Part shown: one piece after another, positions 1 through 8,988 of the stretch
How the letters are laid out: each line of letters begins with the position of its first letter
Position numbering within the stretch: the first letter of the stretch is position 1
NCBI GenBank assembly: GCA_043808365.1
Contig: JAZDEZ010000008.1
Location: 919 to 64,918 of the forward strand
Length of the DNA stretch: 64,000 nucleotides
Source: Patescibacteria group bacterium
GTDB lineage: Bacteria; Patescibacteriota; Patescibacteriia; UBA10025; JAHIVO01
Direction: 5' to 3'
The notes under the pieces: model-generated
The model's database searches: none
What the model saw: the letters and a program-made list of their open reading frames with translations, nothing else
Told to the model about the DNA's origin: nothing
Made by a program: the position numbers and the translations under genes

Positions 1-587
1 TAACCGGTAAACTGGCAAAATAAGGTGCTATTGCCGGTGGTAATCTGCACTTCCGCCGCCGTATCGTAGTCTGCGCCAAATTTGGTGGTAGTAACGGTCG
101 TATTCTCGTCTTCCGCTGTTTGAGTCGCTGCGCCGCTGGCCAGATCTGCCGTGGCTACGGTACCGTCGGTTATCTTGCCTGAAGTCACCGTGCTGTCAGC
201 TAAATCAGCCGTGGCCACTGCCCCATCGGCGATGTTTGCGGAACTGACGATGCCAGTGCCGGCTAAACTGCCGACTGTCAGGGAGCCGGCCACTTCCATA
301 TTGTCATTGACTGAAAACGGCGTGCTGTCGCCAGTGCCAGCCGTAGCTCCCCGATATACCCGGCCATCAATCCGGACATTATCGCCGAAGGTTACCGGGT
401 TATCAACGCCGCCAGTGCCGGTGGTTTCGTTGATAATCGTCCCGTTAAAATAGGTGACGCCGCCAACCCCCTGTTTGCCTACCCACAGAGAATCAGCTGT
501 TACAGTAGCGGCATACACCACGCCGACGCACATTACGGCGGAGGCAAATCCCAGGCAGACGGCAAAGATTAATCTCCTTTTTTTCAT
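1..587 (-). CDS. Secreted repeat protein, N-terminal part only (gene runs off the window start)
   Basis: Absent from the ORF track because it has no in-window stop. ATG at 587-585 gives MKKRRLIFAVCLGFASAVMCVGVVYAATVTADSLWVGKQ... (signal peptide), followed by IxDGxVxxADLA-type repeats. Track ORFs 151-453 and 454-663 (+) are antisense to it. Confidence 0.75.
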   Translation of the reverse strand, partial: MKKRRLIFAVCLGFASAVMCVGVVYAATVTADSLWVGKQGVGGVTYFNGTIINETTGTGGVDNPVTFGDNVRIDGRVYRGATAGTGDSTPFSVNDNMEVAGSLTVGSLAGTGIVSSANIADGAVATADLADSTVTSGKITDGTVATADLASGAATQTAEDENTTVTTTKFGADYDTAAEVQITTGNSTLFCQFTG

Positions 588-642
588 AAGCATTGTGTTT
601 AATAATTATAAATTTTTGTATTTCCAAAAATTTTTAAAAATA

Positions 643-1239
643 CTAACCACCCCTAGTCACTGACCAGACCGCCGGTAAAATGTCCTGATAAAGCTCATCT
701 ACGCTCTGGCTCCAGTCAACCCCGTCAGACTGTTCTTGTTCCAGGCGAACCGCGTAAATAGGAAAAGCCATGTCCTGGCTGGTGTAGGCCTCGACGATGG
801 AATAGGCAATTTTATTGTTGCTGGCATAAAGGGCTTTTAAAATTTCCGCTATTTTCTTTTTGGCTTGCTCCTTTTCTCCAGCAGGATATTCATCGGCGTT
901 AAAACGGATGGTGGCAAAATATTCCTCCTCTTCCGTATACCGGCGATCAACCATGTACCATTGTTCATAAGGCTTACCCTGATTATTATTGCCAGCCAGC
1001 TGCGCTTCGATTACCGCCTCGATAGCTTTGATAGTGGCCTGTTCTGATTGCTTTTCCTCATCAGATCGCGACTCCAGCTTATTGACAATTTCTTGGGTTT
1101 TTTCTACGACTTTTTCTTCGGTAGTTTTTGGCGGCTGGGAACCGATCACTGCCACGGCGATAATTACGCCGATAACCAAAACAGCTGCCGTAATTATTAT
1201 GCCGACTTTTGAGGCAGCTTCTTGCCCTTCCTTAATCAT
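643..1239 (-). CDS. Membrane-anchored hypothetical protein (one N-terminal TM helix, acidic ectodomain)
   Basis: 198-aa ORF. Hydrophobic stretch VGIIITAAVLVIGVIIAVAVIG near the N-terminus. I recognise no family. Confidence 0.6.
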   Translation of the reverse strand: MIKEGQEAASKVGIIITAAVLVIGVIIAVAVIGSQPPKTTEEKVVEKTQEIVNKLESRSDEEKQSEQATIKAIEAVIEAQLAGNNNQGKPYEQWYMVDRRYTEEEEYFATIRFNADEYPAGEKEQAKKKIAEILKALYASNNKIAYSIVEAYTSQDMAFPIYAVRLEQEQSDGVDWSQSVDELYQDILPAVWSVTRGG

Positions 1240-1383
1240 AACTTCATGAGTTAATGATTATGCCCTAATTATAGCAAAAAAAACAATAAAAAAGAATAGT
1301 TGCGCCTCAGGATCTTATTGTTCGCTACCCATGGGATACTAGATACTACGACACACTGGCCCATAATTATACGGGTTGATTTT

Positions 1384-2388
1384 TTATTTCTTCCCCGCCA
1401 GTTGCCCGCAGGCTCCCTGCACGCTCCTACCTAGCCTGAACCGCTCAACTGCGGTTATACTGTTTCTTTCCAAAATTGAAATAAAATTCCTGACTGCTTC
1501 TGGCAATGACGGCTGGTATATGCCGGTTGGGTTATAGACAATCAGGTTGACGAAAAATAACGGCGGTAATTTACTATGCAACAGTGCGGCCAGTTGCTTC
1601 GCGTGGTCAGCGGAATCATTCATCCCTTTCAGCATGACATATTCTATCATCACGCGCCGGTTAGTTTTGTTGATATACGCGGCCGTAGCGGCCATGACTT
1701 CCTTGATCCCATGCCGTTCACCGATCGGCATAATCTTCCGGCGCAATTCATCAGTCGGCGCATGCAAGGAAACCGCCAGGTTTACCTGCAATGGTTCATC
1801 GGCAAGCCGCAGGATACCTGGAACAATACCGGCAGTGGAAATGGAAATATGACGCGCGCCGATGCCCAGCATGCCGGGATCATTTATCTTTTTAACTGCC
1901 TCTAAAACCTCATCATAATTCAGGAATGGCTCCCCCATGCCCATAAAAACAATGCTATTGACCCGGTCATTCTCTTTTTTCAGGATGCGTGAAAAAAACA
2001 GTACCTGCCCGATAATCTCATCAGCAGACAGGTTTCTCGTGAACCCCCGCTGGCCCGTCGCGCAAAAAGAGCACCCCAGCGGGCACCCGGCTTGGGAGGA
2101 GACGCAGACCGTGTTCCGGCCATCGCTATGCCGCATCATTACTGATTCAATTTTTTCTCCATCCGATAGGGTGATCAAAGCTTTGACCGAACGCATGTCA
2201 TCCGATTTTTCAACTTTCGCTCGGATCTCAAGTTGGCATGCCTGGTTTAGTTCATCGCGCAGTGCGGCGGGAAATGTGCTGACTTCTGACCACGAAGATC
2301 GCAATTCCTTAAAAATGGCGACATACGCCTGCTTCAGCCTGAAAGCCGGTTGTGACGATAAAATAGTATTTAGTTTTTGTAAATCCAT
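1384..2388 (-). CDS. rlmN: 23S rRNA/tRNA adenine-C2 methyltransferase RlmN (radical SAM)
   Basis: 334 aa. Radical-SAM cluster motif GCPLGCSFCATG, FMGMGEP, and C-terminal GACGQL typical of the RlmN/Cfr family. Confidence 0.9.
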   Translation of the reverse strand: MDLQKLNTILSSQPAFRLKQAYVAIFKELRSSWSEVSTFPAALRDELNQACQLEIRAKVEKSDDMRSVKALITLSDGEKIESVMMRHSDGRNTVCVSSQAGCPLGCSFCATGQRGFTRNLSADEIIGQVLFFSRILKKENDRVNSIVFMGMGEPFLNYDEVLEAVKKINDPGMLGIGARHISISTAGIVPGILRLADEPLQVNLAVSLHAPTDELRRKIMPIGERHGIKEVMAATAAYINKTNRRVMIEYVMLKGMNDSADHAKQLAALLHSKLPPLFFVNLIVYNPTGIYQPSLPEAVRNFISILERNSITAVERFRLGRSVQGACGQLAGKK

Positions 2389-2427
2389 AGCGTAAGTAAC
2401 ATCGAAACCGTAAAAAAAGTCACGTCA

Positions 2428-2757
2428 TTACCGATGATCCCCGCTGCCATGCAAAGTCCCGCGAACTTTTCTTGATGCGAGCTTGTTTAAATTTCCTTGC
2501 GCCACCTCTTCCAGCGGCATTTTGAGCTCTGAGGCCAAATTCGAAACGTACCACAGCGCGTCGCCCAGCTCTTCGGCAATAGCCTGCTTTTGCGATTCAT
2601 CCAGCACGCCACCGTGGTCCCGGCTTATCTTCTTGACCTTGTTCGCTAATTCACCGGCCTCACCGGCCAGACCGAGCGTCGGATAGATATAATTATTGTC
2701 TTTGTTGGGATACAGGGCGGTTTGCCTGGCCTTCCCTTGATATTCGTTGAAATTCAT
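2428..2757 (-). CDS. MazG-like nucleotide pyrophosphohydrolase
   Basis: 109 aa. LGLAGEAGELANKVKK ... EELGDALWYV pattern of the all-alpha NTP pyrophosphohydrolase (MazG) fold. Confidence 0.8.
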   Translation of the reverse strand: MNFNEYQGKARQTALYPNKDNNYIYPTLGLAGEAGELANKVKKISRDHGGVLDESQKQAIAEELGDALWYVSNLASELKMPLEEVAQGNLNKLASRKVRGTLHGSGDHR

Positions 2758-2761
2758 ATTT

Positions 2762-3244
2762 TTACGTTAATTTTTTTTCTAAAATTATTTCATACTCTTT
2801 ATAGCCCATCCGCCGGTAAAGATGAACAGCCCGGCGGTTTTTTGCCGAGACCTTGATTGACATGCGGGAAATGCCCCGCCGCCTGCACCACTGGTTGAAA
2901 ACCCGACCCAGCTGCGTGCCGATGCCCTTACTCCGATACCGCGGGCGGACATATAAGAAAACCAGCCGACTGGACTTGGCTTGGCGCCGGACCGCGGACC
3001 GCCGCATGACCGTGCCAATTAAAAATCCAACGATTCGGTGACGCGCCAATGCCACGATGAATAAGTGGTCTTTCTTCTTCAAACGGCTGGCCAGATACCG
3101 CGACGCGGAACGGGAATTCGCCCAATGCACGTACATGGTCGGATCATACTCGCGCCGCTCAAGCTTGATATAATCCCGGACCATCTCTTTCGCGATGGGC
3201 AGATCGGCCTTGGTTGCTTTACGCCAGGTAATTGCCTTATTCAT
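2762..3244 (-). CDS. GNAT family N-acetyltransferase
   Basis: 160 aa. Acetyl-CoA-binding motif RPRYRSKGIGTQL followed by NRRAVHLYRRMGY. Confidence 0.8.
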   Translation of the reverse strand: MNKAITWRKATKADLPIAKEMVRDYIKLERREYDPTMYVHWANSRSASRYLASRLKKKDHLFIVALARHRIVGFLIGTVMRRSAVRRQAKSSRLVFLYVRPRYRSKGIGTQLGRVFNQWCRRRGISRMSIKVSAKNRRAVHLYRRMGYKEYEIILEKKLT

Positions 3245-3249
3245 AAATC

Positions 3250-3625
3250 CTTCTTTTTAGCTGCACTATCGGGGTGGGGCCCGCCTAGACTCGACGCTCG
3301 CTTCGCCTATCGAGGCGAGTCTAGTCGAGGCTGGAGAATCGTCCCGCCATGAAGGCGGGATGCCGCCCTACATTTGAAAATATAGGTAGCGGCGGCAGAC
3401 TCCCGAATTCCCCCTCCATAATGAAGTCATCGTACGGGGAAAACTCACACCCTGTATAGTCATCTCAATCGGGGATACCGGCCCCGGATCAAGTCCGGGG
3501 GAACCGGTGACCTCTTGCTCCGGGGCGTGTCGGCGGTTCCCGCATCTCCACACCCGCCTCGTCTCCTCACAACCTAAAGCAGTTCAGGTTGTTCGTAGCC
3601 TCGGCCCCCATGCATGCTGTACTAA
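3250..3625. ncRNA. GC-rich, hairpin-dense non-coding block (unclassified structured RNA or cluster of hairpin repeats)
   Basis: No credible ORF. The ends are complementary on the minus strand (GGGGGCCGAGGC ... GCCTC ... GGGCCCC). Several perfect local stems are present (CTAGACTCG/CGAGTCTAG, CCCCGGA/TCCGGGG, CAACCT/AGGTTG). It lies directly 3' of tRNA-Pro. The class could not be assigned by eye. Confidence 0.3.
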
Positions 3626-3628
3626 GAA

Positions 3629-3702
3629 TCGGGGTACTGGGACTCGAACCCAGGATCTCTGGCACCCCATGCCAGCGCGATAGCCAACTTCGCTATACCC
3701 CG
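3629..3702 (-). tRNA. tRNA-Pro (anticodon GGG)
   Basis: 74-nt cloverleaf read by hand: CGGGGTA TA GCGA-AGTTGGCTA-TCGC G CTGGC-ATGGGGT-GCCAG AGATC CTGGG-TTCGAGT-CCCAG TACCCCG A. CCA is not encoded. Confidence 0.9.
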
Positions 3703-3839
3703 TTTCTTAAAATAGCATGCGCGCCTGCCCCGCAATGAACGAAGTGAGTTATGCGGGGCTAGCCTCAGCCAGAGGCTGATCCGCCTCCGGTGGAAACTGC
3801 TTGCCCCGTCGAATGACGGGGCGTTATACCCCGTTTCTT
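3694..3839. repeat. About 116-nt hairpin-module insert flanked by a 15-nt direct repeat that includes the tRNA-Pro 5' end
   Basis: TATACCCCGTTTCTT occurs at 3694-3708 and 3825-3839. The interior holds the hairpins CCCCGCA..TGCGGGG, CAGCC-AGA-GGCTG, TCCGCC..GGTGGA and GCCCCGTC..GACGGGGC. Confidence 0.6.
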
Positions 3840-3943
3840 GGAAAGAACGCTTGTATACTACCGGTATACTACGCCCCGATACTGCAGCCGTAATATTAAT
3901 TAAACACTTTACTATTCTATCAGTAACCCAGCGCCAAGGCAAT

Positions 3944-3980
3944 AAAAAAGAGCTCTCAGTCGTGTAAAGACTAAGAGCTC
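3944..3980 (-). terminator. Rho-independent terminator after the 164-aa gene
   Basis: 12-bp stem GAGCTCTCAGTC / GACTAAGAGCTC (one mismatch), followed on the minus strand by T6. Confidence 0.7.
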
Positions 3981-4000
3981 GGTCGTTTGATGTCGTCGCG

Positions 4001-4495
4001 CTAACTCGCCACGCGTTTATAGAGCCAGAAAGGCAAATGCTGTAAGATCCATTCCCTCCGCTGCCAATCCTTCCGTGAACGAGTACGCGGTTGAGTAGAA
4101 TTAGAACAGAACCATTCAGCTTCGGTGGACTGATCGATTTCCGGACAGACGTGAATGGAGATCCGTTTCCCTGATTCCTCAACTACCTTTTCAAGATCTC
4201 TCACGCAACGCCAGATGTGTGGTTTAGCGGCTACTACCCACAGTTCGGTGAGTCCCCTAAACAACGCCCATCGAACAGCACTTCTGGCTATCCGGAGAGA
4301 TGGCGGCGGATGGCCGACCTCCGCGCTAATGTACTCAAACTCAATTCCCCGGCCACGCAGTAGAACATCGTACTGAGTGAACACGGGTGCGTCGAGCTCT
4401 TTCGCTTTTTGGGTTGCGATATCAGCAATACGCTGATTGGAAGATATACTCCCGGGTACACCAAACGCGAACGCTACAATTCCTGCTTTACTCAA
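4001..4495 (-). CDS. Hypothetical protein (family not recognised)
   Basis: 164-aa ORF with its own terminator. The overlapping 186-aa ORF 3622-4182 runs through the tRNA and is rejected. Confidence 0.6.
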   Translation of the reverse strand: MSKAGIVAFAFGVPGSISSNQRIADIATQKAKELDAPVFTQYDVLLRGRGIEFEYISAEVGHPPPSLRIARSAVRWALFRGLTELWVVAAKPHIWRCVRDLEKVVEESGKRISIHVCPEIDQSTEAEWFCSNSTQPRTRSRKDWQRREWILQHLPFWLYKRVAS

Positions 4496-4587
4496 GTAAT
4501 ACCTCCTACGATTTATTGTCGATGAACGAATATTTACTTTTCAAAAGAGTATATCACTTTACGTATAAAATGTCAATCCCCCGCAAC

Positions 4588-4619
4588 AAAAAAACCCGTT
4601 TTATACACGGGGTTTTTTA
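4588..4619 (-). terminator. Rho-independent (bidirectional-looking) terminator after ndk
   Basis: AAAAAAACCCGT-TTTATAC-ACGGGGTTTTTT, a GC stem flanked by an A-run and a T-run. Confidence 0.7.
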
Positions 4620-4641
4620 TTCTGACTCTGAAAGGAAAAAA

Positions 4642-5241
4642 CTACTCAAACATAATATCCTCGTCCACCCGCTTATAATCATGGATTTCATTCACACGGA
4701 ACCACAGTTTAGCCTCAAATTCAGCTTCGGCGACGTTCCCTGACGCGTGGATCATGTTCTTGACCGTCCGCTTCTGCTGATTGGCCAATATCGGTGAATC
4801 AAGGGAAAAATCTCCTCTGATAGTCCCTGGTTGGGCGAAACGAGGGAGAGTATTGCCGACTATCATCCTGACAGCATCAACCGCGTGCAATCCCTGCAGC
4901 AGCAATGCTACCACCGGCCCGGAGCTTAAAAATTCCATATTCCACTTGCGGACAGTTTTCCCGATTTCATAGGCGTCAGCAGTGCCCAAGTCCTCGTTCG
5001 GGTCCCGGCCGTATTCCGCGTAGCTCTTGAGCGTCTTCTCGCCGACGCTGGTCAGATACGCTTTCTCATCCGGATAATGCTTGGCCACTAAGTCAGCATC
5101 GACCCATACCATCTTCATGGCAATGACCTTGAAGCCCGCTTTTTCAAACCGGGTCAGTATCTCGCCGATTAACGCGCGTTTCACGGTATCCGGTTTCAGT
5201 AAAACAACGGATTTTTCCAGCCGCGGGTCGTTTGCTTTCAT
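4642..5241 (-). CDS. ndk: Nucleoside diphosphate kinase (long form)
   Basis: 199 aa. KPDTVKRALIGEILTRFEKAGFKVIAMK and the active-site region NMIHASGNVAEAEFE match the NDK family. Confidence 0.85.
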   Translation of the reverse strand: MKANDPRLEKSVVLLKPDTVKRALIGEILTRFEKAGFKVIAMKMVWVDADLVAKHYPDEKAYLTSVGEKTLKSYAEYGRDPNEDLGTADAYEIGKTVRKWNMEFLSSGPVVALLLQGLHAVDAVRMIVGNTLPRFAQPGTIRGDFSLDSPILANQQKRTVKNMIHASGNVAEAEFEAKLWFRVNEIHDYKRVDEDIMFE

Positions 5242-5242
5242 A

Positions 5243-5650
5243 TTATTGTTTGATCTGCTTGGTTAATAAATATTTCACCTTCTCGACTATTTCCGCGGGC
5301 GTGTGGTTGGCTTTGATGAAGTAATCATCCGCCCCAAGTTTTTTCCCTTTCTCGACATCTTCCGTCTGCCCGAGGTTGGTCAGTAAAAGGACGTGGGTCG
5401 TGCCCATGGCCGGGTCCTTTTTCAATTCCTTCAGGACGGCAAAACCATCCAGTTTTGGCATAATTATATCCAATAAAACCAAATCTGGTTTTTCCCTTTT
5501 TGCCATGGCCAGCCCTTGGGCGCCGTCTTCCGCGCGGATGACCTTCAGCCCTTCTTTGGAAAACTTGGTGATGTACATGTCCGCCAGCATCTTATCGTCC
5601 TCGACCAGCAATATTTTCGTATTGAATTTTACCTTTTTTTCATCTGCCAT
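5243..5650 (-). CDS. Stand-alone response-regulator receiver domain (CheY-like)
   Basis: 135 aa. LLVEDD ... DLVLLDIIMPKLDGF ... LTN ... GADDYFIK. No output domain. Paralog of 25328-25714. Confidence 0.85.
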   Translation of the reverse strand: MADEKKVKFNTKILLVEDDKMLADMYITKFSKEGLKVIRAEDGAQGLAMAKREKPDLVLLDIIMPKLDGFAVLKELKKDPAMGTTHVLLLTNLGQTEDVEKGKKLGADDYFIKANHTPAEIVEKVKYLLTKQIKQ

Positions 5651-5707
5651 ACGTGTTTAAAATAAATTTATTCTGTGCCATTAGTATACCCGAAAGCGCG
5701 ATCACCG

Positions 5708-7162
5708 TCAACCTAATTTCGGCTGACGCGTGTGCCATTCTGTCGACTGTTCATAGGCGTACGCTGTTCGTAAGACTGTCGCTTCGTCAAATGACTTGCC
5801 CATGATCTGCAGGCCGATCGGCAATCCTTTGGTAAAACCGCACGGGATCGATATGCCGCACAGCCCGCCGATATTGGCCTGGACATTATAGATATCCGAC
5901 AGGTACATCAGCAATGGGTCGGCGAATTTCTCGCCGAGCTTGAAAGCCACGGACGGCGTGGTCGGCGTGATCAGGCAGTCGACTTTCTTGAACGCGTCAG
6001 CCAGTTCGCGCTTGATGACAGACCGAACCTTCTGGGCTTTAACATAATATTGGTCATAATAACCGGCAGACAAAGCGAACGTACCCAGGATAATCCGGCG
6101 CTTGGCCTCATCGCCAAACCCCTTTTCCTTCGAGAGGGAATATACTTCAAAAAGGTTTTTTGCCGCATCATCGGCTGACAGCCCGTACCGGATCCCGTCA
6201 AACCGCGCCAGGTTTGATGATACTTCTGACATGACCGTGATCAAATAAACCGACAAGGCGTATTTCGTATGCGGTAAACGTAATTTTACGGCTTTCGCGC
6301 CCAGGCTCTCCAGTTGTTTAATCGCATCCTTGACGGCCGTCCGGATATCCTGGTCCATTCCGTCTACAAAATATTCCTCCGCCACGCCGATTTTCAGCCC
6401 CTTTACGCCACTTTTGAGCGACGAAAAGTCTAACGGTTTTTTTACAGCAGTCGCATCCCGGCCGTCTGGTCCGGCGATTGAACTGAAAAGCGCGGCGCAA
6501 TCTTTGACGGTTTTGGTCAGCGGCCCGATCTGGTCCAGTGACGACCCCATGGCTGACAAGCCGAACCGCGATACCCGGCCATAGGTCGGCTTCAGGCCGA
6601 CCACCCCGCAGAAAGCGGCCGGTTGGCGGATAGAGCTGCCCGTGTCCGAGCCAAGCGCCGCGAGGCACATATCGGCCGAGACAGCGGCCGCGGAACCGCC
6701 GGATGAACCGCCGGGTACCCGGTCAATGTCCCACGGGTTATGCGTGTTGAAATACGCGGAATTTTCCGTTGAAGAGCCCATGGCAAACTCATCCATATTC
6801 GTCTTGCCCAAGAAAACGGCGCCGGCGGATTTGAGCTTGGCAATCACGGTCGCGTCGTATGCCGCGATATATTTTTCAAGGATCCTTGACCCGCTTGTGC
6901 ATGCCGCCCCGCTGACCAGGATATTGTCCTTGATCGCCAAGGGGATGCCAGTCAATGCCGTCATCTTTCCACTGCTTATTTTCTTATCCGCTTCATTAGC
7001 TTGCCGTAAAGCGGACTCCTTAGTCATGGCGATGAAAGCTTGGATTTTTCCGTCAGTTTTTTTTATCAATGCCAAACACGCCTCCGTAAGTTCACGGGAG
7101 CTGAATTCCTTTTTGGTCAGGCCAAGATGCGCCTGGTCAATTGTCAGTTTGTGCAGTTCCAT
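5708..7162 (-). CDS. gatA: Glutamyl-tRNA(Gln) amidotransferase subunit A
   Basis: 484 aa. Amidase signature GGSSGGSAAAV and typical GatA N- and C-termini. Confidence 0.95.
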   Translation of the reverse strand: MELHKLTIDQAHLGLTKKEFSSRELTEACLALIKKTDGKIQAFIAMTKESALRQANEADKKISSGKMTALTGIPLAIKDNILVSGAACTSGSRILEKYIAAYDATVIAKLKSAGAVFLGKTNMDEFAMGSSTENSAYFNTHNPWDIDRVPGGSSGGSAAAVSADMCLAALGSDTGSSIRQPAAFCGVVGLKPTYGRVSRFGLSAMGSSLDQIGPLTKTVKDCAALFSSIAGPDGRDATAVKKPLDFSSLKSGVKGLKIGVAEEYFVDGMDQDIRTAVKDAIKQLESLGAKAVKLRLPHTKYALSVYLITVMSEVSSNLARFDGIRYGLSADDAAKNLFEVYSLSKEKGFGDEAKRRIILGTFALSAGYYDQYYVKAQKVRSVIKRELADAFKKVDCLITPTTPSVAFKLGEKFADPLLMYLSDIYNVQANIGGLCGISIPCGFTKGLPIGLQIMGKSFDEATVLRTAYAYEQSTEWHTRQPKLG

Positions 7163-7208
7163 GTACCTGGATCCTTTTTACCTTATGGCTTAGCGCCGAT
7201 ACGCCGTC

Positions 7209-7493
7209 TTACTCCAATACCGGTCTGACCTTGTTTAAATTACCCGCTCGCTCGGGCCACTGGTCAATGATCGGCTTGGTATCCGGCCATGGCTCCACCT
7301 CATCAGTACGTAAGGTGCTGGCCGGCAAGTTATGCGAACCGACCTTCACCTGGCTGGTATCGACCTCATTTAATTGCTTCATATAATCCAAAATAGAGGA
7401 AAGCTGGCCGGCAAACCTCTTTTTTTCGTCAGGTGACAATTCTATTCTGGCCAATGACGCCAATTTTTCTACGTCTTTTTCCGTTAAATCCAT
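7209..7493 (-). CDS. gatC: Glutamyl-tRNA(Gln) amidotransferase subunit C
   Basis: 94 aa. LARIELSPDEKKRFAGQLSSILDYMKQL, located immediately upstream of gatA. Confidence 0.9.
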   Translation of the reverse strand: MDLTEKDVEKLASLARIELSPDEKKRFAGQLSSILDYMKQLNEVDTSQVKVGSHNLPASTLRTDEVEPWPDTKPIIDQWPERAGNLNKVRPVLE

Positions 7494-7539
7494 ATATAAC
7501 AGTATATCATCAGTTTTATAAAATAAAAAGCCGAAGGCT

Positions 7540-8972
7540 GTCCCACGGAAGTGATAATGTCCTACTTGAGGGAAGTTAAAATGTCCTACCTCAAGGTAGA
7601 ATGAAATGGTTATTCACTAACCGTTTCACCTATGACATTACTCACTATGTCGACCAAAGAATTGGATAGGTTTCAAATCATCAAGCAGCTAATTGGCAAA
7701 CGCGTTAACGGCACAGAGGCGGCGAGGTTGCTTCAGGTAACCGCTCGCCATGTCAGACGCTTGAAATCCAAGGTACGGCGGTTCGGTCCTCAAGGCCTCA
7801 TTCACGGTAACCGCGGTAAAGTGAGCCATAACCGCCTGCCAGAGGAAGAACTGAAAGCCATCAGCGCCTTGCTTTTCAGGCGCTACCCTGGCTTTGGACC
7901 GACCTTTGCCGGTGAAAAGTTGTCTGAACATCACGGTATCGCGCGTGATCCCAAAACCATCCGCCAGATCATGATTGAGGCGGGATTGTGGAAACCGCGA
8001 TTAACAAAGAAAGCGTCTGTCCACCGGCAGTGGCGAGAAAGAAAGGCCTGTTATGGAGAAATGATCCAATTCGACGGCTCTTATGAGCACTGGTTTGAGG
8101 ACCGGGAAGGAAGCGGGAAAGTCTGCCTGCTAGCCGCCGTTGACGATGCTACTGGTACGGTGGCCAAAGCCGCGTTTGACGTCCACGAGGGGGTGTTTCC
8201 CGTATTCGCCTTTTGGAAAGCATACTTGGCCGCAAACGGCTGCCCCCGGTCGATTTACCTGGACAAATTCAGCACCTACAACATGAATCACCCCATAGCC
8301 AAGGAGAATCCGGACACCCTCACCCAGTTTGAGAGAGCGGCCCGGGAACTCGGGATCGAGCTCATCAAGGCCAACAGCCCCCAGGCTAAAGGCAGGGTGG
8401 AGCGGTTGTTTGCCACACTCCAGGACCGGCTGACGAAAGAGCTCCGGCTCGCCGGTATCTCGACCATTCCGGAAGCTAACGCTTTCTTGGAATCCTACCT
8501 GCCGAAATTCAATGCCCGATTCTCCGTACTACCGCGTTCTACGGCAAACCTGCACCGTCGGTTGACGGTGACCGAGGCTGGTAACCTGAGCAGTGTTTTC
8601 TCTAAACAGGCTGAGCGAACTATCCAAAATGATTTTACCTTCTCCTTTCACGGCCAATGGCGCCAGCTCACCCCGGAGCAGCCGGTGACGGTCTGCAAAA
8701 AGGACACCGTGATGGTCGAAGAGCGCCTGGACAACACAATCCAGGTCAGACTAAGGGGTAAATATCTCAATTACCGGCTATTGCCCACCCGGCCAGCCAG
8801 GCATACCGTGCCCATTAAAATGCCCTGGGTCTTACCGGCCTCAAAGGCCCACGTCCCGCCCCCCAATCATCCCTGGAGGCTGTCATTTAACGCCAGCATA
8901 AAAGCTAAACAAAACGCCCAGGTAGGACATTTCTATTTCCCTGGAAGTAGGACATTTTAACTTCCCGTTGAC
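7540..8972 (+). mobile_element. Insertion sequence (ISNCY-like, single DDE transposase gene)
   Basis: About 55-bp imperfect terminal inverted repeats, each carrying two AATGTCCTAC boxes (left end GTCCCACGGAAGTGATAATGTCCTAC..., right end reverse complement GTCAACGGGAAGTTAAAATGTCCTAC...). A perfect 20-bp core GGGAAGTTAAAATGTCCTAC occurs at 7570-7589 and 8948-8967. The element is flanked by the 17-nt direct repeat ATAAAAAGCCGAAGGCT (7523-7539 and 8973-8989). Confidence 0.85.
7632..8960 (+). CDS. Transposase (N-terminal HTH plus rve/DDE integrase core)
   Basis: 442 aa. The N-terminus KELDRFQIIKQLIGKRVNGTEAARLLQVTARHVRRLKSKVRRFGPQGLIHGNRG is typical of proteins annotated as ISNCY family. The central part is DDE-type. 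Confidence 0.85.
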   Translation: MTLLTMSTKELDRFQIIKQLIGKRVNGTEAARLLQVTARHVRRLKSKVRRFGPQGLIHGNRGKVSHNRLPEEELKAISALLFRRYPGFGPTFAGEKLSEHHGIARDPKTIRQIMIEAGLWKPRLTKKASVHRQWRERKACYGEMIQFDGSYEHWFEDREGSGKVCLLAAVDDATGTVAKAAFDVHEGVFPVFAFWKAYLAANGCPRSIYLDKFSTYNMNHPIAKENPDTLTQFERAARELGIELIKANSPQAKGRVERLFATLQDRLTKELRLAGISTIPEANAFLESYLPKFNARFSVLPRSTANLHRRLTVTEAGNLSSVFSKQAERTIQNDFTFSFHGQWRQLTPEQPVTVCKKDTVMVEERLDNTIQVRLRGKYLNYRLLPTRPARHTVPIKMPWVLPASKAHVPPPNHPWRLSFNASIKAKQNAQVGHFYFPGSRTF

Positions 8973-8988
8973 ATAAAAAGCCGAAGGC

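Noticed and set aside
3250-3625. Attempted to call this block tmRNA, SRP (4.5S) RNA or RNase P RNA
   Set aside because: For tmRNA there is no G3:U70 acceptor pair, no clean T-arm next to the 3' end and no ...ALAA-type tag frame. For SRP there is no GNRA-capped helix 8 with an adjacent AGCA/AGG symmetric loop on either strand. For RNase P the near-invariant GAGGAAAGUCC and ACAGAA.CCGGCUUA strings are absent. Only isolated 9-11-nt resemblances were seen, so the class is left open.
3622-4182. 186-aa minus-strand ORF
   Set aside because: It runs through tRNA-Pro, the hairpin-repeat insert and a terminator, and overlaps the better-supported 164-aa gene. It is spurious.
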